Shown: positions 23,400-36,475 of the stretch, piece after piece
Layout of the letters: the number at the start of each line of letters is the position of its first letter
Numbering within the stretch: position 1 is the stretch's first letter
Source of the DNA: Leucoraja ocellata
Lineage: Eukaryota
Reading direction: 5' to 3'
Assembly (NCBI GenBank): GCA_036785375.1
Contig: JAWMAR010000421.1
Coordinates: 806,001 to 870,000, forward strand
DNA length: 64,000 nt
The notes under the pieces: generated by a model
What the model was told of the DNA's origin: nothing
Databases searched by the model: none
Seen by the model: the letters and a program-made list of their open reading frames with translations, nothing else
Position numbers and translations under genes: made by a program

Positions 23400-24350
23400 T
23401 CAGTCCCCTAATATACTGCTCAGATACTCGTGACTGCATAGCCAAATTCAGCTCTGACTCCCACCGACACATTTGCAGGTGAAACCACTGTGGTGGCCTG
23501 ATCACAAACAATGATGAGACGGAGCACGGCAAAGAGATAGAGAATTTAGTATCATGGTGTCAGGGCAATAACTTCCCCCTCAATGTCAGCAAGACAAAGG
23601 AGCTAGTTATCAACTTCAGGAAGCATGGTGGGGTACATTGACCCAATCGGCATCCATGGTGCAGTAGTGGAAATGGTTCAAAGTTCAAGTTCTTTAATTA
23701 TACCAACCATCAGTTGTAGACCAACCACATTGATGCGACAGCCAAGACACCAATGCCTCTAGAAGACTGAGGAAATGTAATATATTTTCAATGCCTCATA
23801 CAAAGCTCTACAGATGCACCATAGAAACCATATTGTTGGGTTGGTCACAGCTTGGTTAGAGAACAGCTCTGCTCAGACCGCAAGAATTTGCAGAGAGTAG
23901 TAGATGCAGCCTAGAACATCGCACTGACCAGATTTCCTATCACTGACTCCATCTACAATCTGCACTGCCTTGAAAAAGCAGCCTACATAATGAAAGACGG
24001 CCCATCCCGGTCATTCCATTTTCTCCCTGCTCCCGTCTGCCAAAAGCTTAAAATCGCGCACCACCAGACTCAGAACGGCTTCTTCCCCTCTGTTATCAGA
24101 GCTTCTAAATGGCTAGAATCCTGCCCAGTGCACCTCTACTCCATAGTGATTGGACCTTTGTTTCAGGAACTGGAATGCTAAAATGCTGAGAACTATATTG
24201 TGCACTAGTATTTTCTCTTTTTCTCTATCTATATCTTGACTTGAGTTTGACGATTGTATTTATGTATAGTACTACTTGATCTGATTGGATAGCATGCAAA
24301 ACAAAGCTGTTCACTGTTTTCTGATACACATGACAATAATAATCCTAAAC
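23400..24350 (+). mobile_element. Rex1/Babar-like LINE 3' fragment, degraded
   Basis: RT C-terminal motifs TTVVA.I, WCQGNNFPLNVSKTKELVINFRK and ...FFPSVIR. Confidence 0.7.
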
Positions 24351-24364
24351 CTAATGTTCAATGT

Positions 24365-24915
24365 AGTGTAATTTTTGCTGGTTAATATAACCTGGAGGAA
24401 AATTTGCCACGGTAAAGATGAATTCCAAGATCATGTTAATTCCAGGATAATTTTTTTCCTAGGGTGAAGCATTTTATGGTAAATTACTCAAGAGTGTTTT
24501 ATCTTCAGAATATTTTATTGCAGGTTTATGAATGCAGAGGAATTGCAACCTGGGGGGGGGGGGGGAATTAATTACAGGATCATGAAATCCAGAATCATTT
24601 GAGTTAATTTTTCCCAGGGCAATTTATACAAAGGTAAATGAATAAATCTTGGGATAATTTAAACAAGGATTATGGATCCCAAGGATATTGACTCCCAGTT
24701 TGTGGTGTCTCAGTGCCAGCAATCCCAGGATAGCTACCTCAGCGTAATAGATCCCAAGGCAGTTAATCCCACAGTTATTAAGCCCAAAGTAGTTGACCCC
24801 AGGGTAACTTATTGCTGACAATGAATCTTTGGATTATTTATCGCACCGTATTTGATCCTGGTATAATTATATAAGGGCAACATCCAGGGGTCATTTTGAT
24901 CAGGTCATTTTTTCC
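24365..24915. repeat. Degenerate 15-bp tandem array (consensus ~TAATCCCAGGGTAGT)
   Basis: gatcccaaggcagtt aatcccacagttatt aagcccaaagtagtt gaccccagggtaact shows the 15-nt period; the minus-strand ORF reads as GxN-type pentapeptides. Confidence 0.6.
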
Positions 24916-26199
24916 TAAAACACACAAACACAAACTGTTGGAGGAACTCAGCAGGTGATAACTCACCCACTTACTTTGCCACTTTGCTAATGGACAACAC
25001 AACCACTATTTCCACAAGGAAAATATTGCAGATGTTACAAACCCAAAACTAAATCAGAACATATTTCAAATACTCAGCTGGTCAGCCAACTTCTGTGAAT
25101 GAAGAAACAAAATAAATGTTTTAGGTCAATTTGTTTTAAATTGGAACTTTGTGGAAAGGTGGTGCTTTAAATTAAAATTTAAAATATATATATTTTTTGA
25201 TTTAGTAATCTGATAAAAGGTTGTTTTTAAATTAGGTTTGATTTAAATTGAAGTAATTCATAAAAATATATAAATCTGATGAAAGGTCATTGAACAGAAT
25301 TATTAGCTTTGCTTTTGTCTTTGCAGGACTTGCCTGTCAATGTTCACAACTTTCATGGATTCTGGAGCTTGTATATATTCCAGGCACTCATTTTGTAAGC
25401 CAATACAATGAAGGCCACTGCATATCCAAAACTCCAGACAGTACCATAAATTTTCCATGGTCTGCACAAGTGTGGGGGCGTGCCGGTGTATGCTCCAAAA
25501 TCATCCAGAAACTTAGTCATCGAGAACTAAATCTTTACAATATTTTATTGAGTGAGTTAGCAGCCAGGATTTCCAAGCACCAAGCTCAGATGAAAGGTGA
25601 TATAAAATAGGCACAACGACCCTATAACAGTAGTTCTGCAGCAGCTGTTACAGTGGAACTCTTTAATCTATGGAGCTACAGTTTCCAAAGGATAAAAGTT
25701 ACAACAGTGAAGGGTTGCTAACCACTCCCATCAATACACCAGTACAATCAGCTGTGAAAGCCCACTTGTGGGAATCGGGCTGAGCACTTAGGAGCTATGA
25801 TCACATGGCTCTCATTATAAAGGAGTAATAAGATCTTCTTAGAGTAACCTCTCACATTGAAGTGTATAAATTGGAACCGACTGATGTGTTTCCAATTCCA
25901 GCCTCATTAATGATTCCTCTCAACAAATCTAATGGATCGCCAGGCTGAGAAGGATTTCTGGGAAGTTGATCCCTCTGGACAATTCCATTCCAATTACTGC
26001 CTTCGACACAGCACAAATAAAGCTGTTCCATTCTGTTCATCGCAAGAAAGTAAGAGTAATGATGCTCATGAAACCCTTTTTAAAATTGTGCTTAATCTCC
26101 ACATTTCCGTAGCTAGGACTCAGAACTATCTCTGCAATAGGATCCTCAACTTTCTGATCCACGGACCACAATCAACAAGGTTAGGTGACAAACATCCTC

Positions 26200-27035
26200 C
26201 ATGATCCTTCCCAACACTGGCATCTCAGTCGCTTACACTCAGACTGTGCAGCCAAATTCTGCACCGACTCCATTTACAAGTTTGCTGATGATACCGCTGC
26301 AGTGGGCCGACCTCAAACACTGACGGGGCAGAGTACAGAAAGGAGACAGAGAACTTAGTAACATAGTGTCAAGACAACAATCTCTCCTTCAATATGAACA
26401 AAATGATCGAACTGGTGAGGTGGTGTACCTGCCTCAGTCTGCATCAATAGTCCTTAAGTGGAGATAGCCAAGAGCTTCAAGTTACTTGGCGTAAATATCA
26501 CCAACACTTTGTCCTGGACCAACCACGATGACCAAGAAAACACACCAGCTTCTACTTCCTCAGAGGAGAAAAGCAATTGGACCTGTCTGAAATGACATCA
26601 TTTCTACAGATGCATCATACAAGTCAAGTCAAGAGAGTTTATTGTCATGTGTCCCAGATAGGACAATGACATTCTTGCATTTCCAAGCATACAAAGCATT
26701 CCAAGATGATAAGAAATTCCAGAGAGTTGTGGATGCAGCTCAGGCAATCACACAGGGCACCTGTGCCCGCATCGACTCCATCTACACGTTACACTGCCTC
26801 GGGAAAGCAGCCAACATATTCAAGGACCACTTTCTCTTCTTCCCTCTCCCATCAGGCAGAAGATAAAAAATCCGGAGAGCACAAACAACCGGATTTAAGG
26901 ACAGCTTCTTCCCCATTATCCGACTACTGAACGGACATCTCTTGGGCTAAGGATGAACTCTCTATTTTCCAATCTACCTCGTTGTGGCCCTTGCACATAT
27001 TTTTATCTGCATTTTCTCTGCAGCTGTAACACTAT
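26200..27035 (+). mobile_element. Rex1/Babar-like LINE 3' fragment, degraded
   Basis: KFADDT (aagtttgctgatgatacc), CQDNNLSFN, FQRVVDAAQAIT...SIYTLHCLGKAANIFKD...LPSGRR. Confidence 0.75.
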
Positions 27036-27239
27036 AGTAAATCCTTGTTATTATGAACCTCTATAATGGATTTCAGTTATAGTGGACAGAGGGTCTCCAC
27101 AGAAATCAGACATCAGTGTCTCTTTAAGAACATGGGCTGCTAGTTACACTACCAACTGTTCTTTTGTGTATTAACCAGCATCTGCAGTTCTTTATTTCTA
27201 CTATTTATACAATGATACCCGATTACTCAGTAATCCCTT

Positions 27240-28220
27240 ACAGAAGACACCAAACAGTGAAGACAATTGTCTAAGGTTGCAACAGAATCTGTATCAACTG
27301 GGGAAGTTATAAAAGAAATTGCAGGTTGCAATTGCAGAGAAGTGCAGTTTGGCATTTTGGTAAATTAAACCAGGGCAGGATTTACACAGTAAATGGTAAC
27401 GCTATGGGGAGTGCTGTAGAACAGAGGGTGCAAGTGCATAGTTCTCTGAAAGTAGCAACATAGGTGGACAAGGTGGAGAAGAAGGTATAACATTCTTGTC
27501 TTCATCATTGAGTACAAGTGTTTGGCCATTTTGTAACAATTGCATAAGAAGTTGATGAGACGGTACCTGGAGCTTTGGTGCAGTTCTGGTTGCCCTTGTG
27601 TAAGAATTTTGTAATTAAGATAGAGGGGTGTAGAAAATATACAGATATTGCCAGGGATGAGCAGTTTGAGCTACAGAAGAGACTGGATGGGCTCTGACTG
27701 TTTTGACTCTGGAGCAAAAGATCTTGAGGGGTGACCTTATAAAACCATGTGGGACAGCAATAAGATGGGTGGTCACAGACCTTTCCTCGTGGGATTCTGA
27801 AATTAGGTGAGAGGGTAAAAAGAGAAGCCCGTTTTTTGCTCAGAGGATGGTGCTGGAGGAAGCTGTGGAGGTGGGTACAAATACAACACTTAAATGGCAT
27901 TTGGACAGTTTCATGGATACAAAAGATTTAGATGGATATGGGCCAAATGAAGGCAAGTGAGACTGGCTCAGGTTGAAGGTGTATGGAACAAGCTGCCAGA
28001 AGAGATAGCTGAGGCTGGGACTATCCCAACATTTAAGAGACAGTTAAACAGGTACATGGATAGGTACATGGATAGGGATATAGACCAAACGCAGGCAGGT
28101 GGGACTACTGTAGCCGGGACACATTGGCTGGTGTGAGCAAGTTGGGCTGACAGACCAGTTTCCATGCTGTATCACTCTATGACTGGGCTGAATGGCCCAT
28201 TTCCACGCTGTGTAACTGTA
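27240..28220 (+). mobile_element. CR1 LINE fragments (older; two 3' ends)
   Basis: tgcagttctggttgccc, ttgaggggtgaccttataaaa and CR1 3'-UTR-like ends. Confidence 0.65.
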
Positions 28221-29689
28221 TGAGTGAACTGGAAACAGTATAATTTAATTGTTAAACATTGAAACTGTAAATGTGTATGAGAAATATAAAAAACATGTGG
28301 GGGAAATGATTAAACTTTTCCAACAAACTGACGTGACTGGACTGTCGAACTAACCATATGTAATTAAACACAGGCTTTTGTCAAAAATGAGCAAAATAAG
28401 CACAATACAACTCAGAAAAGCCACAACAACTTTGTATAAAATCATAAACTACTGTGTTTTTTGGACGTAAAAACATCTGACTCATTGAATCCATTAGATA
28501 ATCACAATATGCGATTAGTTGTCCGGCCTCACCAAGGTTGTGGTGACATCTTTGTACATCATTGGAGCAAGGCTGCCCATTAATGTTCATGTGGGCAAAG
28601 CAGCCTATACTAGACATTAGCTTGTTCAGCTTATTTCTTGGATTCTCTGCAAAAAAATTGTTTTTCTTCTTACAGAGTGATCTGAATGCCAGTACAGAAT
28701 CCTTCTGGGAACTGTAGTACCAGCTTTGCCACCTCAGAATTACTCATATCAAAATCATACTTACCAAGTTGCAATTGATGCAGAAGGTGTGTGGGGCAAG
28801 TTCTTTTTAACACAGAGTGCCTGGAGCACTCTAGCAAGATTGGTGGTTGAGGCAGGTATGATTGTGGCATTGAATAGACTTTAGGCTAGGCATTATGGAT
28901 ATGGATTATGTGCAGATAGGCAAGGGATGACCTTGGTATCATATTTGGTACAGACTTTGTTGTCCGAAGGCCCTGTTCATGTTCTATTCTACATATATTG
29001 CTACTATTCGACGTGTATTCTTACTGTTCTATGTTCTTTCTTGTGGTGCTTTTACAATGGTTCAATATGAGTCAATCTCTCATATTCAACAATTATTTCT
29101 GCTAAAATACTTTTCCCGACAATTCTCCTGAACTAAATTTACAAACAAGACCTAACCAAAGAAGACGGAAGCTGTATTGGCTCCACTCTTGAAGCAGCTG
29201 TGAGTACGGGGAATGTTTAATTAGGATGTGGGAGGAAAATCCCAGGACGCAGACTCGTCCAACACCCACGCTGTACATTGCGTATAGCTCAGCATTTCCC
29301 AATGTCTGCATCATATGGTTATGGTCTGCAAATGATTAGCAGAGGAACAGTCCAGGTTTGGTCCAATGCCTGCATTCCGTGGCTGTGCAGATCAGATGGG
29401 TCTACAACAATGAGTCTCATTCATAATGACGGCTCCACTTTGGTTCAGAGGCCCCTTCAGCCAAATCACAACAACTGCAAACATTAATAAGGGCTACAGA
29501 AACAGGGCTGGAGAATACCAGATACCAGATATTTAAATGGAAATGGGAAGAGATGAGACAGGAGTGTGGAGACAAGATAGTGGAGATCGGAGGGGAGATG
29601 GGACAGGAGATGGGGGTTTGGAGACTGGACTGTGAGGACCATGGATCAGAATTTTCTGGCTCAGGGCTGTTTCCCATTGTACTATTCTC

Positions 29690-30290
29690 ATTGTGCCTCA
29701 CTAAATATGGATGGGGGTGCCAGGGAAGGGATTCTCTAACATTTCCACCACCTTCAACATGATTCCACCACCAGTCACATCTTCCCATTCCCATCCGTTT
29801 CTGCCTTCCACAGAGACAGCTCCCTCCGCAACTCCTGGGTTCACTCATCTCCAGACACCCAAGTCATCCCTGCCCAGATACTTTCCCCTGCAACTGCAGG
29901 AGATGTAAACCTGCCCCTATATCTCCTCCTTCACATCCATCCAGAGACCCCAGCATTCCTTCCAGGTGAGACAGAAGTTCACGTGAATCTCCTCTAACCA
30001 CATCTATTGCATTCTGTGTTCTGGGTGTGGCCCCCTATACATCAACAAGACCAAGCGTGAACTTGGCAACTCTTGCACTTGGTCTGCCAAAGCCTGCTGG
30101 ATCTCCTGGTTGCTAACTATTTTAACTCCTCTTCCCATCCCCATACTGACCTTTCTGTCCTGGGCCTCCTCTATCACCAGAGAAGGAGGCCACATGCAAA
30201 CTGGAGGAACAGCACCTCATAGTCCACTTGGATAGCTTACAGCCCAACCATATGAACATTGAATTCTCCGTTTCTATGTGTATAACTATA
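29690..30290 (+). mobile_element. Penelope-like element fragment (GIY-YIG endonuclease region)
   Basis: FPCNCRRCK, SFQVRQKFT..SSNHIYCILCSGCG.LYI..TKR and KLEEQHLI. Confidence 0.75.
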
Positions 30291-30719
30291 CCCCGGCCCA
30301 CCTGACTTGCACCTATTTATCTCCTCCCATTTACTTCCATCCTCTAGCTTTACAATTCACAACTGCTTAATCCTTATCACATCTTTTCCCTTTTCCTCAC
30401 TGGCCTTCAATCACCCCCCCCCCCCCCCACCCGTATCTACCTATTACTCCACAAGCTTTATCCTGCTCCAATCTCTCTTCCACCTCTCCAGGTGAACTAC
30501 CTGTTTGCATTTTGCCTGTGACATTGAAACCAAACTGCTTTAAGAATCAACACTATCTCTGAGAATTGTCAAAAATGTTCATTGTCATGATTCACTCACG
30601 GATAAAAAATGAATAAAGATAAACAGCATTAAACCATTTAACTTGAGTAATGTACTTGGAGTTACGCCATAACTTGGAGTAATATACACTTCACACTGCG
30701 AATAACCCACATTTTATTA

Positions 30720-30900
30720 CTGAAGCCAATTAACCTATAAACCTGTACGTATTTGGAGTGTGGGAGGAAACCGGAGCACCCGGAGAAAGCCCACGCGGTC
30801 ACGGCGAGAACGTACAAACTCCATGCTGACAGCACTCGTAGTCGGGATCGAACTCGGGTCTACGGCGTTGTAAGACTGCAATTCTACAGCTGTGCCGCCC
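30720..30900 (-). mobile_element. tRNA-derived V-SINE (HE1-like)
   Basis: Minus strand starts gggcggcacag...ccgagttcgatcccga (B box), then V-domain tggagtttgtacgttctc...gcgtggg...ctccggtttcctcccaca. Confidence 0.75.
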
Positions 30901-31007
30901 TAATTGAAGATTAAATGGGGGCAAGGCTGATGTCTAGGTGTCTGGCATTTCTTTCCCGTGTTTACGTTTTAAATGGACTGTACTTGGCTTTATCCACGGT
31001 CTGTAAT

Positions 31008-31185
31008 AGGAAGGAACTGCAGATGCTGAGTTACAGCTAAGTGTTGGAGTGACTCAGTGGGTCAGGTTGGTCTCTGGAGAACATGGATAGGTGCTGTTTC
31101 AGGTCTGAAGAAGGGTCCCGACCTGAAACTTCACCCATCCTTTTTTCTCCAGAGATGTTACCCGACCCGCTGTTACTCCAGTCTG
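31008..31185. mobile_element. Foldback short Penelope-type element with hammerhead-like motif at 31102-31135 (+)
   Basis: ggtctgaagaagggtcccgacctgaaacttcacc, flanked by inverted tctctggaga / tctccagaga arms. Confidence 0.5.
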
Positions 31186-31503
31186 TCTTTGCCACATTCT
31201 GCTTGGGTCAGCCGGGATTTCGGAGCCCGCTGTACTCCCCGCGCAACAACACCGCCCTCTCCCGGCCTTCCTGCTCCCTGCAGCCGAACCTGGGCTCCAT
31301 GAAGCCGAGGGGTGAACCTCCCGTCAGCTAAACTCTCCCGCGTCTGTGTCCGATGTTCCTTCTAACCACAAAATGAGTTATTCTTCTGTGCAACGTTTAA
31401 AGAAAGAATAGTGAATTCAATATGTAATGGAGTACTAATTCAAAACACACGTTTGTCCGGCAAAACTAATGCTGGGAATTAAAGGAGTCTTACCTGTTCA
31501 CTC

Positions 31504-31943
31504 TTCAGATTCAGATTCAGATTCAACTTTAATTGCCATTGTCAGTGTACAGTACAGAGACAAATAGCATCTCCCTGGAAGAGCGACATAGAATATGATT
31601 TCAATAAATAAATCTATTTACATGCATACAGTAATAGTCTTTTCCCTGTGGTAGGAGTGTGGGGAGGGGGGGTGTGGATTGGCAGTCACCGAGGTACAGT
31701 GTTGAGTAGTGTAACAGCCGCAGGGAAGAAGCTGTTCCTGGACCTGCTGGTCCGGCAACGGAGAGACCTGTAGCGCCTCCCGGATGGGAGGAAGGTAAAC
31801 AGTCCATGGTTGGGGTGAGAGCAGTCCTTGGCGATGCTGAGCGCCTGTCGCAGATAACGTTTGCTTTGGACAGACTCAATGGAGGGGAGCGAGGAACCGG
31901 TGATGCGTTGGGCAATTTTCATCACCCTCTGCAGTGCTTTCCC
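31504..31943 (-). mobile_element. Rex1/Babar-like LINE 3' end with (TCTGAA)n tail
   Basis: ORF KALQRVMKIAQRITGSSLPSIE...SHPNHGLFTFLPSGRRYRSLRCRTSRSRNSFFPAAVTLLN; (ttcaga)3 at ~31504. Confidence 0.85.
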
Positions 31944-32559
31944 TCTTGCTTCCACGCTGCTGATTTACAATAAAACTCCTTTAATTTTCGACACTCGTAA
32001 CACCTGGTACCGGACTAGCTATCGCGTGTGAACGTTACACGGTAGAATGATAATTACTATCAGCCCTAAGTTTCAAGAAAGCGCGGGGAACTAGAGGGAT
32101 TACCTGACCCTGATTCTCAAATACTAGAGGGCACAGGATTGAGATGCGAGATCGGGGAGGACGAGTGTTTTCCACACGTTGGAGTGGGCGTCTGGATTCT
32201 ACTGCCAGCAAATGTGATGCAAGCAGACGCAATATCAACTGTTAAGAGGCATTTAGACCAACACATGGATGAACGGGCAGGGAGTAGAGGCTCATGTCAG
32301 GCAGGTGGGGTACAATTAGATTGGCATCATAATGGTACAGACATTATGGGCTGAAGGGTCTCTCTCTGTGCTGTGCTATTCTTTATAACAATGCCCCGGT
32401 AAATGTAAAAAGAGTGCGGGACACGGAACCAGGTGAATTTCTAAAGCAGGAGCGGGTGCCCCAGCGAGTGGGGACGTGGGGACGAGGCCCCGGCGTGTGG
32501 TCAGGGTGGTCTTCCGCTGTGAGCCACAGGTGCTGCCTTCCAAATGGCGTTAGTTTGCA

Positions 32560-33620
32560 TAGCACGTGCATCCCGTTGCCTCTTCCCTTTCAACAGAGTC
32601 CGATGGAGAACTATCAAGATATCCAGATAGTGGATTACCAAAATTTGACAAATCCCTAAAGTCTATCATCCATCCAGATATCTGTAATAGAACATTAGAA
32701 GGCGGCGGCATCTGCGGCAGATCACGTCCCCGAAGTCTGCATTCCAGAGACCAGTGCAAGCTTTCAAGTTGGACTTTAAAAAAAACGAGTTCCACCGCTT
32801 AATTCACCAGTTGGTGTTGAGACTATCCTTATAATAAGCAAAACTTGCACTGGAAAGATAGTTGACTGAATGGGCACTTCCTCCCATTCACTGACATTAA
32901 CCCCTGCCATGTTATTACCAATGGTATCAAGACGTCTATTACGTGTCCTACCATTATGGTCCTTGACATACTTCAGTTCCCTAACCTTAGAAATATTACT
33001 CTCCATATCTAAGGGACATAAGGTCGATTTTATTAAACACAAACTTTCTAATAATAGTAATGATGAACAATTTAGGGATCTCAAGGCCCTGCAGGACAAA
33101 AGACCATCACCAACACTAATTGGAAGATGTAATATATCTTTGACAAACTTTCTGGAAACGTCATCCAAACTTGACGAAACCTCGTCCAAGATTAAAGGAT
33201 AAAATAGATATATCACGAACTCTTTAGCAAGCTTAGCTTTCTCATTAGGTTTAAGCCTGGTCTTGTCGAACCAGATGGCTAATTGCACTGGGCTCTCGCT
33301 AAATCTTCCGATCCCGGCAATCCCCGCACCCAGATATTCTTCAAAACATCCCGCTCTATGAACGCTAAATCTAATTTATGGATTTCCCAATGACTAATCC
33401 TATTATAGGTAAAGGATTTATGTTTGGTAGACATATACAATTCGGCAGACCGACTCACATTTATTTGGAGAGTCTTACTCCACCACCGTGTCTCCCAGGG
33501 GCTGCCTGGAATGTGGATAACAACAATCCTGTCTCTTTTATTTAAGAAAAGTTCTTTACCAGCAATTAATCATTGCGAGAACTGCAGGGTCTAGTTCTGG
33601 CCGGACACAGCCACCAGCCA
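32560..33620 (-). mobile_element. Degenerate R2-type (RLE) non-LTR retrotransposon fragment
   Basis: Frameshifted motifs appear in R2 order: LQINVSRS...KSFTYN...WEI, EEYLG, LKPNEKAKL...VKDILHLPISVGDGLL, EWEEVPIQ, FAYYKDSLNTNW, CRRCRR...LLQISGW (CCHC knuckle remnant). Confidence 0.7.
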
Positions 33621-35149
33621 GACATCAATCAACTAGGGAGAAGGATGGGGCCTCCGCCTTTCATTCGCCGGACCCAGCGCGGTACCAACCCACATTCCTG
33701 GACCCATGCTCTGGGCCGCTGTCTCTCGGTCTCTGTCCGAGGTGCTGAAACTCGGTTCCGGAGAGACAGACCTCCAATAAAATGCAGTGGAAAGAAGCGA
33801 GGCGTCTAAACAACCCACGGCGCGTTCTCCAGCTGTCTTCCGGGGGAAAGATCCCACCGGGACTGTAATGAGTGTAACTACCGGGACTACACTGCGTCGC
33901 ACCCGGCCTGCAATGCTCCACACCCCTCTGGCTCAGCACCGTCTTATCCCGAGTCTGTAAAATAAGTAATAATGTTGATCACAATAAGAACAAAGGAAAT
34001 CTGTGAACAGGAGGCCATGTACTTCCCGGGGATCCACAAGATCATGGCTGACCCCGGCACCATTTTCCCGCCCTGTCCCCAAATCTCTTGATTTATTTAA
34101 TGGCAGTATCGATAGAAGATCTATCAATTTCAACGTTGAGTGAATCCAAGGACCAAGGATCCACAGCCCTTCTGGTTGGGAATTTCAAAATATATCCAGT
34201 CTCCGATGGTTCTAAACTGTTTACCCCTTAGGTTAAGTTTATTATTATCGCACATAGCGGGGCACGGTGAAAAGCCTTAGCTTGCAAGCTATCTAAACAG
34301 ATCCAACATACCATATATAGTTGTAATCAGTTCAAAGTCGTACAAAAGAGAGAGCAACGGGCGTGATACAGAGTGCAGAATATAGTTTTCAGCATTGCAG
34401 TGCGCCAGTTCCTTACACAAAATCCAATGTCCTCAATGGGGTAGAGGTGAATCGAACGATATCTTGGCTTTATAGAAGGACCGTTCAGAAGCGGTCTGAT
34501 AACGAAGGGAAGAAGCTGTTTCTGTGCCTGGCGTTGCGCGCTTCTATACCTTCTGCAGGACGGGTGCAGGGAGAGGGAATGACCAGGGTGGGACGATTAT
34601 GAGCCCTTATTCTGATTCAAGACTCTTCAGCCAAGTGAAAGCCCCCCCCCCCCCCATCATCAACTCTGTCCAGGCCTCGAAGGATTGAGTTAAATTTACA
34701 TAGAATCACCTCTAATTCTCCCAAACTCTGGAAAGTGCAGTCTGAGTCCATGAAATCTCTCCCCATGCGCAAACCTAACATTCCTGGCCAACCCTGGTGA
34801 ATCTTCACTGCATTACACCGATTGCTAGTACATCCTTTTGTTTAGATGAGCAGCCTTCGTGCCAGGCTGATCCGACGTATAAGACACATGGGGTCCCCCT
34901 CCCCCCACAACCACGGTGACATGATGGACTGGATTCAAAATTCTTCTTTCATAGAAGACATGGGATAATGGTAGGGGTGGGGGGGGGGGGGGGGGGGGTA
35001 GTGGAGGGGGGGGGGGGGGGGTTATTCTGCCCCGAGGTCTATGATGTGGGGGTCAATGCTGGGATCTCTGTTGTTTGTGATATATAAATAAATAATTTGG
35101 AAGTAAGTATAAATGTGTTGGTAGGAAAGTTTTGCAGATAACGTGAAAA

Positions 35150-36475
35150 ATAGCAGCGTCATGGATAGTGAGTAACGTTGTCAAAGAATACAACAGGATA
35201 CACACCAGTTGGAAATATGGGTGGAGGATTGGCAGATGGAGTTTACATCGAAAAAGTGAAAAGTGTTACGTGAGTACACTTGTAAGTGTAAGTGAGTACA
35301 GTGAAGGGCACGACACTGAAGGACATTGAACAGGGGGGTCGTGAAAATGGCTGAACAGGTAGATAGGGCGGTCATGAAACATAGAAACATAGAAAATATG
35401 TGCAGGAGTAGGCCATTCGGCCCTTCGAGCCTGCACCGCCATTCGATATGATCATGGCTGATCATCCAACTCAGTATCCCATCCCTGCCTTCTCTCCATA
35501 CCACCTGATCCCTTTAGCCACAAGGGCCACATCTAACTCCCCCTTAAATATAGCCAATGAACTGGCCTCAACTGCCTTCTGTGGCAGAGAATTCCACAGA
35601 TTCACCACTTTCTGTGTAAAAAATGATTTTCTCATCTCGGTCCTAAAAGTGTGACCCCTAGTTCTGGACTTCCCCAACATCGGGAATAATCTTCCTGCAT
35701 CTAGCCTGTCCAACCCCTTAAGAATTTTGTAAGTTTCTATAAGACCCCCCCTCAATCCTGTAAATTCTAGCGTGTACAAGCCAAGTCCATCCAGTCTTTC
35801 TTCATATGAAAGTCCTGCCATCCCAGGAATCAGTCTGGTGAACCTTCTCTGTACTCCCTCTATGGCAAGAATGTCTTTCCTCAGATTGGGAGACCAAAAC
35901 TGTACACAAAACTCCAGGTGTGGTCTCACCAAGACCCTGTACAACTGCAGTAGAACCTCCCTGCTCGTATACTCAAATCCTTTTGCTATGAATGCTAACA
36001 TACCATTTGCTTTCTTCACTGCCTGCTGCACCTGCATTCCTACTTTCAATGACTGGTGTACCATGACACCCAGATCTCGTCACATTCTTGCCTTCAGCAG
36101 TGGGGACATTGTGAAACAGACGGAGGCTGTATAAAACGTTTGTAGGGCCACATGTGGAGTATTGCGGGCAGTTCTGGTTTCACATCACAGGAAGATTGTG
36201 GAGATTCTGGAGAGGGAACGGAAGAGGTTCGCCAGGACGATGCCTGCATTAGAGATTATTTGCGATCAGGAAAAGTTTGACAGACTCATTGTTTTCCCTA
36301 AGGTTTATATAAAGATGAGAGGCATAGTCAAAGTCACTAACTTTAGGGTGGAAGTGGCAAATACTAGAGGACGTAGCCTTAAGGCAAGAGCGGGGAAGAA
36401 TTAAGGAGTTTTGATGGCAAGTTTTTTCAACAGGTGCCTGGAATATGCTGCCGGGGAAGTGGTGGGAATACTGGC
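35150..36475 (+). mobile_element. Older CR1 LINE fragment interrupted by a younger antisense CR1
   Basis: tggcagatggagttt...aggtagatagggcggtcatgaa | insertion | cattcttgccttc...ataaaacgtttgtagggccacatgtggagtattg continues the same RT region. Confidence 0.65.
35376..36080 (-). mobile_element. Young CR1 LINE 3' fragment (RT C-terminus, 197-aa ORF)
   Basis: KKANGMLAFIAKGFEY...LVRPHLEFCVQFWSP...IEGVQRRFTRLIPG; (gaaacata)n tail at 35376. Confidence 0.92.

Noticed and set aside
30820-30900. tRNA gene
   Set aside because: The B box belongs to the tRNA-derived head of a V-SINE; no full cloverleaf.
32776-33288. Novel host gene or endogenous viral ORF
   Set aside because: Motifs and frameshifted flanks match an R2-type retrotransposon protein.
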